Positions 37,583 through 46,927 of a stretch of DNA of 64,000 bases are shown piece by piece; within the stretch, counting starts at the first letter, position 1, and each line of letters opens with the position of its first letter. Made by a program: the position numbers and the translations under genes. The DNA is from a virus (lineage: Duplodnaviria > Caudoviricetes), in the IMG/VR virus record IMGVR_UViG_3300021379_000005, positions 64,881 through 128,880 of that record; one strand, given 5' to 3'. Under the pieces are notes generated by a model. It was not told the DNA's origin. It worked only from the letters and a program-made list of their open reading frames with translations, and searched no databases.

Positions 37583-39166
37583 TTAAGATTTTTTATATTT
37601 TTTATCGGGGTTATTTGTTAATTCTTTAACTATTTTATGAAACTCGACTGAATCTTCTGGAATTACTTTTTCCATTGAGTTTAATAAGACGGTTGCTCCC
37701 ATACAAAAACCTTCAAAGTGTGCCTTTTTCCAAGTTCTTGTAAGTGCGACTACAAAGAATATCCCGATGGTGATAATCATCCACCATTCTAGATACATTT
37801 GATATCCTTTTTAATTATATTTACTAAAGTAATCATCTATGTATGATGGAATTACTTCTAAAACTGAATCTATTCTAGTTTCTTGATATGTTCTAACTTT
37901 CAAACCAATTTGTGTTATAATATATTCAAGATACTCTATACGTTCATTGTGTTCGTTATGTTTAAGGGGCAATGGTGGGTCACTAAACAATTCTAACTGT
38001 ACTTCATGCATATTATTCTCCATTTTTTATTTTTTATTTTTTAAGAATATGCCTTCTCTAGAACCCAAGTCATTGCAGTTTCCCAACCATCTCTCCATGC
38101 CTGTTTTCGAAAATCATCATCCGTCCAAGGACAATGTTCAAATCCAAGTCCTTCACGGCATGCTAATGCGCCTTGTTGGAATGCTTCTCTGTATTTCACA
38201 ATAGTTCTTTTATTATGAAATAAATTTTCTTCTAACTTTTCCATGATGAAAGTTTCGATAAATTTACTACAACTCCAGTGTTCCACTTTTTAGCTTCAAT
38301 CAGAGCATCTTCTTTATTGTCAAACGTTAAGACGGAATCAGCTGTCGTCCAACTATTTCCTTTTTGTTTCCTAACATATTCATATTCGCCCTCATCGATT
38401 TCGATTTGGACTCCATATAGTATATCCATATTTAGTTCCTTTCAAAAACTAATCACCGATATGATTCCACTTTAAGAGTTCAATGTTATCATCATTGTCC
38501 TTACGAAAACGCAAGTATCCATTATCGATGAGTTGATCTAAAGTGTTTTCGATTGCTGCAACATCACTTTCTTTTTTGTTTCCTCGGCCCCATATGAAAC
38601 CAAACACAGTGAAAATGACTGCAGTAATTAACAACCAAGCTTCTATTGACATTTTTTGTCTCCTTTAAGATTTCGATATAATCTAGTATTCTTCATCCGC
38701 AAGAGCATTAAGTTTGGGAATTGCCCATAACATAAGAGTCAATCCAAGCAGTGAACCAAGAATTGCTTCCGTAAAGGTAGCAGTATCCTGTTCAAGTCCA
38801 CCAACAGAACCAAAAACCAACAACATTCCAATCATAAAACGAATCATAATCTAATCCTTTCGTTATTTCACTATAACATTATGACAGAAAGAACGAAACT
38901 TGTCAAGTACTTTTTTAACCCCAATCCTTGAAGTCACCACGTTCTTCGTTGTCATTATAACCTTTAGTGTACTCTACAATTTCTTGAGCAGTCATATCCT
39001 GCATTTCAACACGGTCAGAATTGTATGACGCACCTTTATAATAGTGAGGACTGTAAGCTCGTCTATAATAACTATCCGCACTTCCTCTATCGTAAGGGCC
39101 TCCATGACGTTTATCATAGTCACATTCACTCAATTGAGTTTGAGCTAGTTTATTCCACCATCCCAT
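37583..39166 (-). other. Run of small hypothetical early genes (37583-37798, 37811-38023, 38041-38286, 38232-38429, 38449-38652, 38915-39166)
   Basis: Minus-strand ORFs with RBS; several have an N-terminal TM helix. Confidence 0.6.
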
Positions 39167-39275
39167 TTCACAGTTCCTTTCATATTATATTAAAGACTTT
39201 GACCTGACCGATTTTTCGACTCATTTCTATTTATACATATACTATATCAGAAAGTCTTACAGGAGTCAATAGAAA

Positions 39276-39467
39276 ATGTCGGAAGGAAACCCCAATAGAA
39301 CCATGGAAAGAATGCGAGTCTTAGAAGAATCTCTCAATATTGCACACGATAAAATCAATTCACTGGAGATGGCACTCTATCTTGCAAAGAAACAAGAGAA
39401 AGAACTCAAAGAAAAGATTTTGAACTACGAGAGAAAACTCCCACCGTCACTTCCGAATTCCCTTTAA
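39276..39467 (+). CDS. Small coiled-coil protein, lone plus-strand ORF
   Basis: AGGAG upstream; heptad pattern; fills a gap free of minus-strand ORFs. Confidence 0.45.
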   Translation: MSEGNPNRTMERMRVLEESLNIAHDKINSLEMALYLAKKQEKELKEKILNYERKLPPSLPNSL

Positions 39468-40043
39468 ACAGTCTGAAATCAAACTGACAGTTCTTTTTGA
39501 TTGAACAATCTCGTAGTGATTACGGTCAATTGCATAGTAATCAACATCCTCTCGACTCATCATAGATTCCATTGTGACTACGCCATCATTCTTTCCTGCT
39601 ATTAAAGGAATATCTCCAGTTGTTGTAATCACCTGTTTCCAAGGAATTGCAATTCTAATCTTTCGTGACTCTGTGATAAATCGACTGGTAGGAACGATAT
39701 CTGCAAACAATTGATATTGAGGTGCAACCCATCTTCCCCATTGTGCTACTTCAGAACCATTGAAAGGAGTTGCAAGTGAAACCGCAAACGAAGAGTTGTA
39801 TGCAAATTCTTCCTGCAAGTAGATTCCGTAGATGCCTCCTAGAGAATGCATAATATAAAATAACTTGTCATTAGGACGCATTTGTTCTCTCAACGTTTCC
39901 TTTAGAAAGTCTAGGTTCTCTTTCGCAGTTGCATCTTTGGAATTATAGTTAAGGTATATTGGATTCTTTGCATTGATATTTTTTTGAATAAACGCAAAGG
40001 TTCTTTCAGTTGCGGTTGCACCGTGAATGTAAACAATTCTCAT
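39447..40043 (-). CDS. Alpha/beta hydrolase (esterase/lipase-like)
   Basis: YIHGA, MHSLGG nucleophile elbow, LATPFNGS, NDGVV, NHYEI. Confidence 0.85.
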   Translation of the reverse strand: MRIVYIHGATATERTFAFIQKNINAKNPIYLNYNSKDATAKENLDFLKETLREQMRPNDKLFYIMHSLGGIYGIYLQEEFAYNSSFAVSLATPFNGSEVAQWGRWVAPQYQLFADIVPTSRFITESRKIRIAIPWKQVITTTGDIPLIAGKNDGVVTMESMMSREDVDYYAIDRNHYEIVQSKRTVSLISDCLKGIRK

Positions 40044-40342
40044 CTCTTAAACAACTCCCAAAATCTTCCAAGAAGTATTAAAATGCCTCCAAAGAATAAC
40101 CAAGTCGTAAAGGCGCCGAATCCATCATAGTACCAAATAAATGGCATTGCGCCGATCCAGACTGTCTTTGCTAGATAAGACTTCCAGTTCCATAGAATGT
40201 ATAGAAATCCATCAAAGGAACGTAAAGACTTCGGACGTTCTGGGCCAAAGTCCAGTTTTGTTTTCGGTGTATCCTTATTCATCCACCAAACCCACCAACA
40301 GATAGGAAGAAAAACAATTAGAAATACTAGGATATCAGACAT
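40040..40342 (-). CDS. Membrane protein
   Basis: Trp-rich, about 3 hydrophobic segments; coupled to AOX and hydrolase. Confidence 0.65.
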   Translation of the reverse strand: MSDILVFLIVFLPICWWVWWMNKDTPKTKLDFGPERPKSLRSFDGFLYILWNWKSYLAKTVWIGAMPFIWYYDGFGAFTTWLFFGGILILLGRFWELFKR

Positions 40343-40901
40343 TAGAGAACTTCTTATTCACTTCTGAATGTTTTCTTTCATCTTCTCTTACACACTTTAT
40401 CATATCCGATAAACGTGCATTCTGATTTAAACCATAGTAATCGATTGCTAATTGTGGTGCTGGAACATTTTCTATTTGTTTATTCTCTATCATTGCTAGG
40501 TATTCTGTGTAGGATTTGACGGCTTCATCTTCGAAGTAATGTATCATAAGATGTGCTGTCTTTGGACTGAGAACGTATAATAAGAAATAGAAATTCCAAA
40601 AGAGTATCTGTGCAATTAGAATAATCTGTCTTTCTAACCAATTAGGTTTTGCAATCTCTATAAAGAACATTAAATGCATACGTTCATTTTCTGCTTCTGC
40701 GAGAAGTTCTCTAATCATAGGGCCGTAACCTGTCTTTGCTTGTCTTAGAGACTTGAGATGAATCCACATTCCTGCAACCATGCCTGGGACTCCTGCAATT
40801 GTCTCTAAGACTACTGCACGATGTCCATAACGCTTTGCAAAGAATGTATCTGCAAAAAACCTAAAAAACTTTGTCATACTTCTTGCAAGACTTTCTCGCA
40901 T
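40335..40901 (-). CDS. aox: Alternative oxidase (ubiquinol oxidase, di-iron)
   Basis: LETIAGVPGMV, EAENERMHL, EDEAVKSY, REDERKH: all di-iron ligands present; AOX-type not PTOX-type first motif. Confidence 0.92.
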   Translation of the reverse strand: MRESLARSMTKFFRFFADTFFAKRYGHRAVVLETIAGVPGMVAGMWIHLKSLRQAKTGYGPMIRELLAEAENERMHLMFFIEIAKPNWLERQIILIAQILFWNFYFLLYVLSPKTAHLMIHYFEDEAVKSYTEYLAMIENKQIENVPAPQLAIDYYGLNQNARLSDMIKCVREDERKHSEVNKKFSNV

Positions 40902-41095
40902 TGTGTTATTCCTTCTTTTTCTCTCTTAAAGGTATTTAGAGATTTTACCCCCCAAAAAAAATTTTTTAAAAACACCTTTTAGAAAACTTGCAGACTTTTT
41001 AGAGGCGTGTCGGGTGACTATATCATCTCCGCAATATTTTTTAGGAGTCCCATAAATTTAAAGTTACACTCTAAGTATTTTCGAAGATGACAAAT

Positions 41096-41135
41096 AAAAA
41101 AACCCTTAGAGAATCCTTGCAGACTCCCTAAGGGC
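41096..41135 (-). terminator. Long-stem terminator
   Basis: CCCTTAGGGAGTC-TGCAAG-GATTCTCTAAGGG-TTTTTTT. Confidence 0.8.
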
Positions 41136-41194
41136 AAGTTACCATTATCTAAGGAGATATTTCAGTCAGTTCCTAATACTACTTAGGTAAAATA

Positions 41195-41434
41195 TCATGC
41201 ACCGATGGTCAAATAATAGCCATCAGCACTCACAGTCACATACTCATCTTCACTACTCATTACTCTCAGTTCACTACCTGTAAAATGAATACAGGCTTCA
41301 TTCATGATGTCGAAATCCTTTGAGAATATTCTAACATTCTCAATAGGATCTTTCCAATTCTCCATACCTTCTGTCAAAACATCAAAGGCTTCATTTAGAA
41401 TGGATTGTCTTTGCATATCAAAAACAGTATTCAT
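41195..41434 (-). CDS. Hypothetical protein
   Basis: AGGAG RBS; NWKDPI...ACIHFTGSEL...ADGYY. Confidence 0.65.
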   Translation of the reverse strand: MNTVFDMQRQSILNEAFDVLTEGMENWKDPIENVRIFSKDFDIMNEACIHFTGSELRVMSSEDEYVTVSADGYYLTIGA

Positions 41435-41445
41435 ATCTAACTCTC

Positions 41446-41694
41446 CTAACTCATAGCACGAACATGTTTACCTACTTGGCCGTCTAAGAAGTCTCCCTTA
41501 CTAGCCCAGTTACGAAAGGCTGAACATTCAGTTTCATTTACCATACATGAAGCAGCTAAAGGACAAGTATCACAAGGACATGATCTCTTATTCAGTGGCC
41601 CTAAGATTTCTTCAATCTTCTCTGAGAGAACATCTGAGAAAGCATCAGGAACACCTTTCATAGCTTCTGCATCTATCCAAACTTCATGAGTCAT
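41446..41694 (-). CDS. Cys-rich hypothetical protein
   Basis: CPCDTCPLAASC...C. Confidence 0.6.
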   Translation of the reverse strand: MTHEVWIDAEAMKGVPDAFSDVLSEKIEEILGPLNKRSCPCDTCPLAASCMVNETECSAFRNWASKGDFLDGQVGKHVRAMS

Positions 41695-41788
41695 TCACAA
41701 TCTCCATAGAATATTTAAATTTATCTGAATCATCATCAGCATAGTTAATATAACAGTTTGTCAAGAAGAAGTCAAGCACTTTTTTAAA

Positions 41789-42175
41789 TTATTTCCAATT
41801 TTTTTTAAATAATTTTTCTTCCTGAGCATAAGCAGATATCTCCCAAGGCTGTGTCTCGTAATTACAGTCATAATAATTACGGCCTTTATACATATATCCG
41901 TCAACCAATTCTTTCTTGATTATTTGTTTTGCGTGAACCATTTCATGAGCAAGTGTAGTCATCATCTGGTTCATATCAGATGTCTTTAAGATATCGATAT
42001 AGACAAGTTTCTCAGTACCCCAACAGAGTCCAAGACAATCATCTAAATCTTTTCGAAAACGGATTTGAATAAGGCGGGAATAATATCGATTAATACCTAG
42101 ATCTTTTTCTAGATCTTTTACATATTGATATACTTTTGCAGAGTCTTTAATACGTCCCAGTGCAATCGTAGCCAT
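41789..42175 (-). CDS. Zincin-like metallopeptidase, paralog of 37064-37516
   Basis: TLAHEMVHAKQ...QPWEISAY. Confidence 0.75.
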   Translation of the reverse strand: MATIALGRIKDSAKVYQYVKDLEKDLGINRYYSRLIQIRFRKDLDDCLGLCWGTEKLVYIDILKTSDMNQMMTTLAHEMVHAKQIIKKELVDGYMYKGRNYYDCNYETQPWEISAYAQEEKLFKKNWK

Positions 42176-42612
42176 ACAGTAATATCTCTAACCAAACAAT
42201 ATGCATATTTTCGCATGGCCTAGAGACCCTGTCAAGCATTTTCGAAGGTTTTTTCATGGATTTTTTCGATAATTCTCTGAGATATCATCGATATTATCTA
42301 TGATTTGTTTCGAACCCCTCAGCGGCGAGCAGAAATTTGCTCCGCAGATTTAGACCAAGGGGGTAAAAACTTGTAGCCCTCGTATTTCTATGGTTTCTGC
42401 AACAGATTCAATGGTTTTTTGTGGGTCTTTGTGGGAAAACGTGGGATGATTTGGATAAATTTCTTATTATATTCCAAGAATTCTTGGTATGCAGTTCATT
42501 ATAACACAGTGTGTAAGTAGTCCTATCAATACTCCATACGCAAAGCATTCTTCTCTACTGCAGTATCCTAAAAACGTTGACAATTTTTCCATGGTTTTTC
42601 CCCTCTGAGTCC

Positions 42613-42620
42613 TATTTATA
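42613..42620 (-). promoter_or_regulatory. Late promoter motif TATAAATA facing a non-coding tract
   Basis: Exact motif; no listed ORF for about 430 nt downstream. Confidence 0.55.
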
Positions 42621-42717
42621 ACTCTTTCAGGTTAATTGCATATATGTCCATGAAAGACTAAAAACGACTATCAGAATACTCAGTAATTCTGTCTTTGTAA
42701 TGATTCGATACATCTCC

Positions 42718-42921
42718 TTATCCTATTGTATTTACATACCCTGTTCGATTAAATAAATCTGCAGGATTGCACTGAGGCTGACTCCTACAATTTCTTATAT
42801 TATGTTCCCATTGTAATGAATTTGGCATCCAGTCAAACTCTGGTAATTCTCTATTAGAATTTGTTTCTGTTATACCTGTACATGATACCAAGAATGGCAA
42901 AAAGAATATTAATTTTTTCAT
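42718..42921 (-). CDS. Small lipoprotein
   Basis: Lipobox LVSC after a hydrophobic leader. Confidence 0.65.
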   Translation of the reverse strand: MKKLIFFLPFLVSCTGITETNSNRELPEFDWMPNSLQWEHNIRNCRSQPQCNPADLFNRTGYVNTIG

Positions 42922-43254
42922 AGCATTTCTCCTTAGTTTATCTATAGAGTATACTACGAAATTACTCTTATTTTAGTTGTGTTAAATTGTAACTTCTACG
43001 AACTTTCTTCGTGACTTACTGAACTGCTTAGAGGGTTTATTAAATCTCAGTAATTCTTTTGTACCTTGTTTAATATATCCTACACATTGTCCATTCTCAA
43101 AAGCATAGATATGATTAGGATATTCCCACTCTGTAATCTCTTTTAGAAATTTCACTCAGTCTCTTCCTTAACGATAAAATTAACTTTTACAATATTATCT
43201 TTTTCTTTCTTAATAAAGAATTCTAGATTATTCTCTGTAAGAATCTTTCTCAAT

Positions 43255-43500
43255 TCAACGAGTGTAACTTGTCTTAACTTCATTCAATAACTCTTTCGTA
43301 ATTCTATTTGCAGGCAGACATGCAACATTGACAATTTCATCATTAAATCCAGCAATCGAAATCACCTCTATTGCAAGACGATCACTATTTGCAGGGTTAT
43401 TAATGAAACTCTTGCATTCGTTCTGTGTATCGAATTGCAGACTCTTTACTACAAATGGTTCTGTATTCATCATGACAAATAAAATTAACCACTTCATCAA
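43255..43500 (-). CDS. Hypothetical exported protein
   Basis: AGGAG RBS; hydrophobic N-terminus; two Cys. Confidence 0.6.
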   Translation of the reverse strand: MMKWLILFVMMNTEPFVVKSLQFDTQNECKSFINNPANSDRLAIEVISIAGFNDEIVNVACLPANRITKELLNEVKTSYTR

Positions 43501-43570
43501 TCTTCTCCTTTAAGAATCCACCAGAAGGCAACAATAAAGAGTGCGAATATTAAAAAAATAAATTCCATGA

Positions 43571-44050
43571 TTACTCATACTTTATTTGTTCATCTTCATG
43601 AAATGCAGGATATCCAAACGGCAAACTTCCATCAGAAACTGAATTGAGTTTACTAGGGGCACGATCCCAATCAATCTCAGAATCTTTCTGTGCATACTCC
43701 GCACGTTTCCGTAACTCATGGTGTTCTTTGCAGACTGCTTCGAAAGTTGTCCATAATTTCTGAAACTTCACATCATACAATTCTTTAATACCAAAGTAAC
43801 GATTCATTAGTGCATCTGCAACCTTTGAATCCATTCCTTCCCACTCAGGGGCATCTATGAAGTTGGATGTAACGACATCAATATCCTCACATACATTCCA
43901 ACAACTCATTATATCTTGTTCTAAATCAAATATTTTCATGAAATCTTGTTCTGAATCATGAATTTTAATATTATCTTGTTCTGAATCATGAATTTTCATA
44001 TTTTTCCCATTCTTTACTAAACTCCAACAACCATTCACGTTGTTCGTCAT
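43571..44050 (-). CDS. Hypothetical protein with N-terminal tandem repeats
   Basis: KIHDSEQD x2 plus KIFDLEQD. Confidence 0.65.
   Translation of the reverse strand: MTNNVNGCWSLVKNGKNMKIHDSEQDNIKIHDSEQDFMKIFDLEQDIMSCWNVCEDIDVVTSNFIDAPEWEGMDSKVADALMNRYFGIKELYDVKFQKLWTTFEAVCKEHHELRKRAEYAQKDSEIDWDRAPSKLNSVSDGSLPFGYPAFHEDEQIKYE
43913..44000 (-). repeat. Three 30-bp tandem repeats
   Basis: atcttgttct(g/a)aatca..atttt recurring at 30-bp spacing. Confidence 0.85.
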
Positions 44051-44176
44051 TTACACAATCTTCCCAAGCAAGTTCATCTGCACTCATAGCAGGAAGTCCT
44101 TGTTGTGCAATCCAATTGTTGTAAGTTTCAATAAGTTGTTCTAGCATTTTTCTACCTTTTTTCATATTACTCTCTT

Positions 44177-44215
44177 ATTATAGAGAAAGTGCAAGAACTT
44201 GTCAAGCACTTTCTC
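44177..44215 (-). promoter_or_regulatory. Consensus sigma70 promoter TTGACA-17-TATAAT with a 10-bp inverted repeat flanking the -35
   Basis: GAGAAAGTGC-TTGACAAGTTCTT-GCACTTTCTC-TATAAT. Confidence 0.8.
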
Positions 44216-44267
44216 GTTGTCTAAGGAATAAAATTTACGGGCGTAACCGCAGGGCGGTCACAGGCGG

Positions 44268-45788
44268 TCAGGTCAAATTGACAGAACCCATTGATCTATT
44301 CTCCCCAGAGTCTTGAAGAACAAGATTCTCAGTAGAGTTAGATCCCCCATTATGTTTAGAGACTATGTGTCCTCTATCCAAGTTGTTTAGGTCACGAACA
44401 GAAATACGATTTCCTTTTGAGTCTTTTCGATTGTTCGCTTCCCATACGACTTCTTTCTGTGGCATTGGCATTGAAAGAGCTGCATCAATAACGATGTTGT
44501 CACTTTTCAAATGTTCCTCATTTTCGATGAATTTTTTGCAGAGTAATTCTACTCGACAACGAATAAACTCCTCTTTGATTTCAGAACATGCCCAGAAGAA
44601 ACCATTCGGTACTTTTGTGGGTGTTGGTAGTCTTACCCCATTCAAATCATGAGTAATGCGTCCATCAGGATCTTCTCTCATTGATTTTTGTGCGGCATCA
44701 TACTCTTTCACAAAACCTTCTACATCTTTTATTTTCCATAGAGGGGTCGTAATATCCGCATACACTCGATTGTCCAGTTGATAACGGAAATAGATGTAGT
44801 TTCGTACCATTACATTGTTATACTGTTTTGCAGAAGTCATGGTTTTCATTCCCATTGCAAATTCACGAAGATAACGTCTTACTTGATCTACTTGGGATTT
44901 TGTCACAGTCTCCATACCAGAAAACATGAGTTCATGAGCACCGATTTTTGAAGAAGATGGTTGTGTACCTTTCGCAATCCAGTAAAACACTTCTGACAAG
45001 AACAATTCGTGTCCTGCAAGTTCTTCACTATATGTTTTCCCAGAAAGACTTTGTAATGCAGTAATTGCACATTTGTCTTCAAGAATTGATGTTAATTGAC
45101 GGCGATACGTTGAGAACCAGAAACGTGTAATCATTTTTTGCCATTCTGTCCATGGGTATCCTTCATTTTTCGCAATCAATGCATTTACGAGTTCTTGGAT
45201 ATCTCCCTCTTCTGCAACCATATACAACAATTCGATATTCATAAATGCAACTTGAAGAGATTCATGCAAATCTTGATAAAGTTTTCCTTGTGCAAACTCC
45301 ACAATTTTTCCATTCTCATCTACAATTGGAATATCTGTAGCACCAAGAGGAAATTCGTTGTTGATAAACGGAACAATGGCATTTAAAATTCGGTTTTGTC
45401 CGTCAATGATATAGTTTTCAACACCACCAGCAACATCTTTTCGAATTTCTTCAATCTCCTGTGCAAGAGCAGTTTTTCGTTCTTTTTCGATAGTGCGGTC
45501 GTGATCGTTGATCAATCCTTGCAATAGAAGGTTCGCAGGCACAACGATAATTTTGTCCAAGAATTCCAATCCTTGAATTACAGTGTTAAGATAGGACTGC
45601 CTACGATGGTTGTCCCATGCATCTGTTTGTAGTTTTCGTTGAAGTAATCCTGCAGCAGTTGATAATACTGCATATGAAGTGTTGTCTCCAGCTTCATCTT
45701 TTATTGGTGATGCAAGTTTGTATAAATCACCAACAGTAATAGTTTCCAGAAAAAATCTAGTTTTTTTTGCGAATTGTAGCTTTGACAT
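44268..45788 (-). CDS. GmrSD-like protein: DUF262/ParB-Srx N-domain plus C-terminal HNH nuclease
   Basis: LQR..W, YIIDGQNRI; C-term LDRGHIVSKHNGGSNSTENLVLQDSGENRSMG. Confidence 0.72.
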   Translation of the reverse strand: MSKLQFAKKTRFFLETITVGDLYKLASPIKDEAGDNTSYAVLSTAAGLLQRKLQTDAWDNHRRQSYLNTVIQGLEFLDKIIVVPANLLLQGLINDHDRTIEKERKTALAQEIEEIRKDVAGGVENYIIDGQNRILNAIVPFINNEFPLGATDIPIVDENGKIVEFAQGKLYQDLHESLQVAFMNIELLYMVAEEGDIQELVNALIAKNEGYPWTEWQKMITRFWFSTYRRQLTSILEDKCAITALQSLSGKTYSEELAGHELFLSEVFYWIAKGTQPSSSKIGAHELMFSGMETVTKSQVDQVRRYLREFAMGMKTMTSAKQYNNVMVRNYIYFRYQLDNRVYADITTPLWKIKDVEGFVKEYDAAQKSMREDPDGRITHDLNGVRLPTPTKVPNGFFWACSEIKEEFIRCRVELLCKKFIENEEHLKSDNIVIDAALSMPMPQKEVVWEANNRKDSKGNRISVRDLNNLDRGHIVSKHNGGSNSTENLVLQDSGENRSMGSVNLT

Positions 45789-45880
45789 CGCATTCTCCTT
45801 TTTAATAAGCGTCTTCGATATTCGATAGACTGTCCAAATACTTGGATATTTTTTTAGGTCGTTACCAAGTTTATCGACTC

Positions 45881-45907
45881 AAAATGTGGGGGGCATTGCA
45901 CCCCCCT
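45881..45907 (-). terminator. Terminator hairpin (core identical to 26612-26631)
   Basis: GGGGGGTGCAATGCCCCCCACATTTT. Confidence 0.75.
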
Positions 45908-45919
45908 AGTTTTTTATTA

Positions 45920-46192
45920 TTATGCAGCTTGTGCAGCCAATGCCCTATAACCAGCAGCAACAACTGAACGAGGCGGAGTACCAAGACGATAGAAAGTCTT
46001 AGTGCGTCCCTTAGTATCAGTGTGCTGGTTTGCAAAAATTGCAAAACCCTTCATGCGAAGGCTAGATACTGTTGCACGAGCATTTCCAACCTTGAATTGG
46101 TTTTCAATCTGAGCAGCAGTCAAACCTTTATCATTATTACGAAGAGCCTCAAGGACTCGATCTTGTTTTGTCACAACATTTGCATTAGCCAT
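45920..46192 (-). CDS. Winged-helix DNA-binding protein
   Basis: RVLEAL..GLTAAQI..F.VGNARATVSSLRMKGFAI. Confidence 0.7.
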   Translation of the reverse strand: MANANVVTKQDRVLEALRNNDKGLTAAQIENQFKVGNARATVSSLRMKGFAIFANQHTDTKGRTKTFYRLGTPPRSVVAAGYRALAAQAA

Positions 46193-46298
46193 GTTTTACA
46201 TTCTCCATTTTAAGTTTACTTTAAGTTTACGAAATGTTAACACTTCACATGTTAACTATAGACAATATATCACAAATAATTCCTCTTTGTCAAGAAGT

Positions 46299-46508
46299 TT
46301 ATTCATTAATATACTGAATTATTTTAGACTTTACTGTTCCACCAGCAAGTCCAAGATTGAAAACATATGATTCAGCATCATCATATGAGTCAAATACTAC
46401 AGGCACCATGTTAAAATCACATCTGCCAGTGTCTTCAGTTACATACATCCAAGTATCCTCTCTATTAGAAGGATTAATCATAACAACATATCTATCTTCA
46501 TTTGACAT
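46299..46508 (-). CDS. Hypothetical protein
   Basis: ORF track. Confidence 0.55.
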   Translation of the reverse strand: MSNEDRYVVMINPSNREDTWMYVTEDTGRCDFNMVPVVFDSYDDAESYVFNLGLAGGTVKSKIIQYINE

Positions 46509-46640
46509 TTTGTTTACCTTTTAGAAATTTGTATAACTTTACATAATATGCAAAACTTTTTGGATAGTGTACAGGGCTTGGATGATTAGGAAACATCAAT
46601 AGAAATTTTTTATATTCTAGTTCTGCTTCCTCATTCGACA

Positions 46641-46916
46641 TTATACAATTAATCCACTAGTTTGTTCTTGCCATGCCTTTTGTACATCTTCATTAGCTTC
46701 TGTAACAAACACTGCATGTCGGATCTTCATTTCTGTAGGGTCTGAATTTCCAGTTGCAGCAATACCATGTGCGAACCCCATGTTTTGATTTTCACCAAAC
46801 ACAATCATTCTGGGGTTACTAAGAGTAATACCAGTGGCATCATCCTCAACTAATCGTCCAATAAACTCACCAACAGGTGTCACTACAGTGATAATTTGAT
46901 TTTTTTCTAAACTCAT
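46641..46916 (-). CDS. Hypothetical protein, possible Sm-like fold
   Basis: IITVVTPVGEFIGRLVE..ITLSNPRMI; Y/W..QTSGLI tail. Confidence 0.55.
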   Translation of the reverse strand: MSLEKNQIITVVTPVGEFIGRLVEDDATGITLSNPRMIVFGENQNMGFAHGIAATGNSDPTEMKIRHAVFVTEANEDVQKAWQEQTSGLIV

Positions 46917-46927
46917 TTTAGTTTCCT

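Noticed and set aside
39145-39225. Cold-shock-like fragments (GQVKVFN, MKGTVKW)
   Set aside because: Two tiny ORFs in different frames; the AAAGGA is the RBS of the downstream gene; likely coincidence
40335-40901. PTOX / cyanophage assignment
   Set aside because: Motif is AOX-type (AGVPGMV rather than ARVPYF), no photosynthesis genes are seen, and the tmRNA is alpha-type
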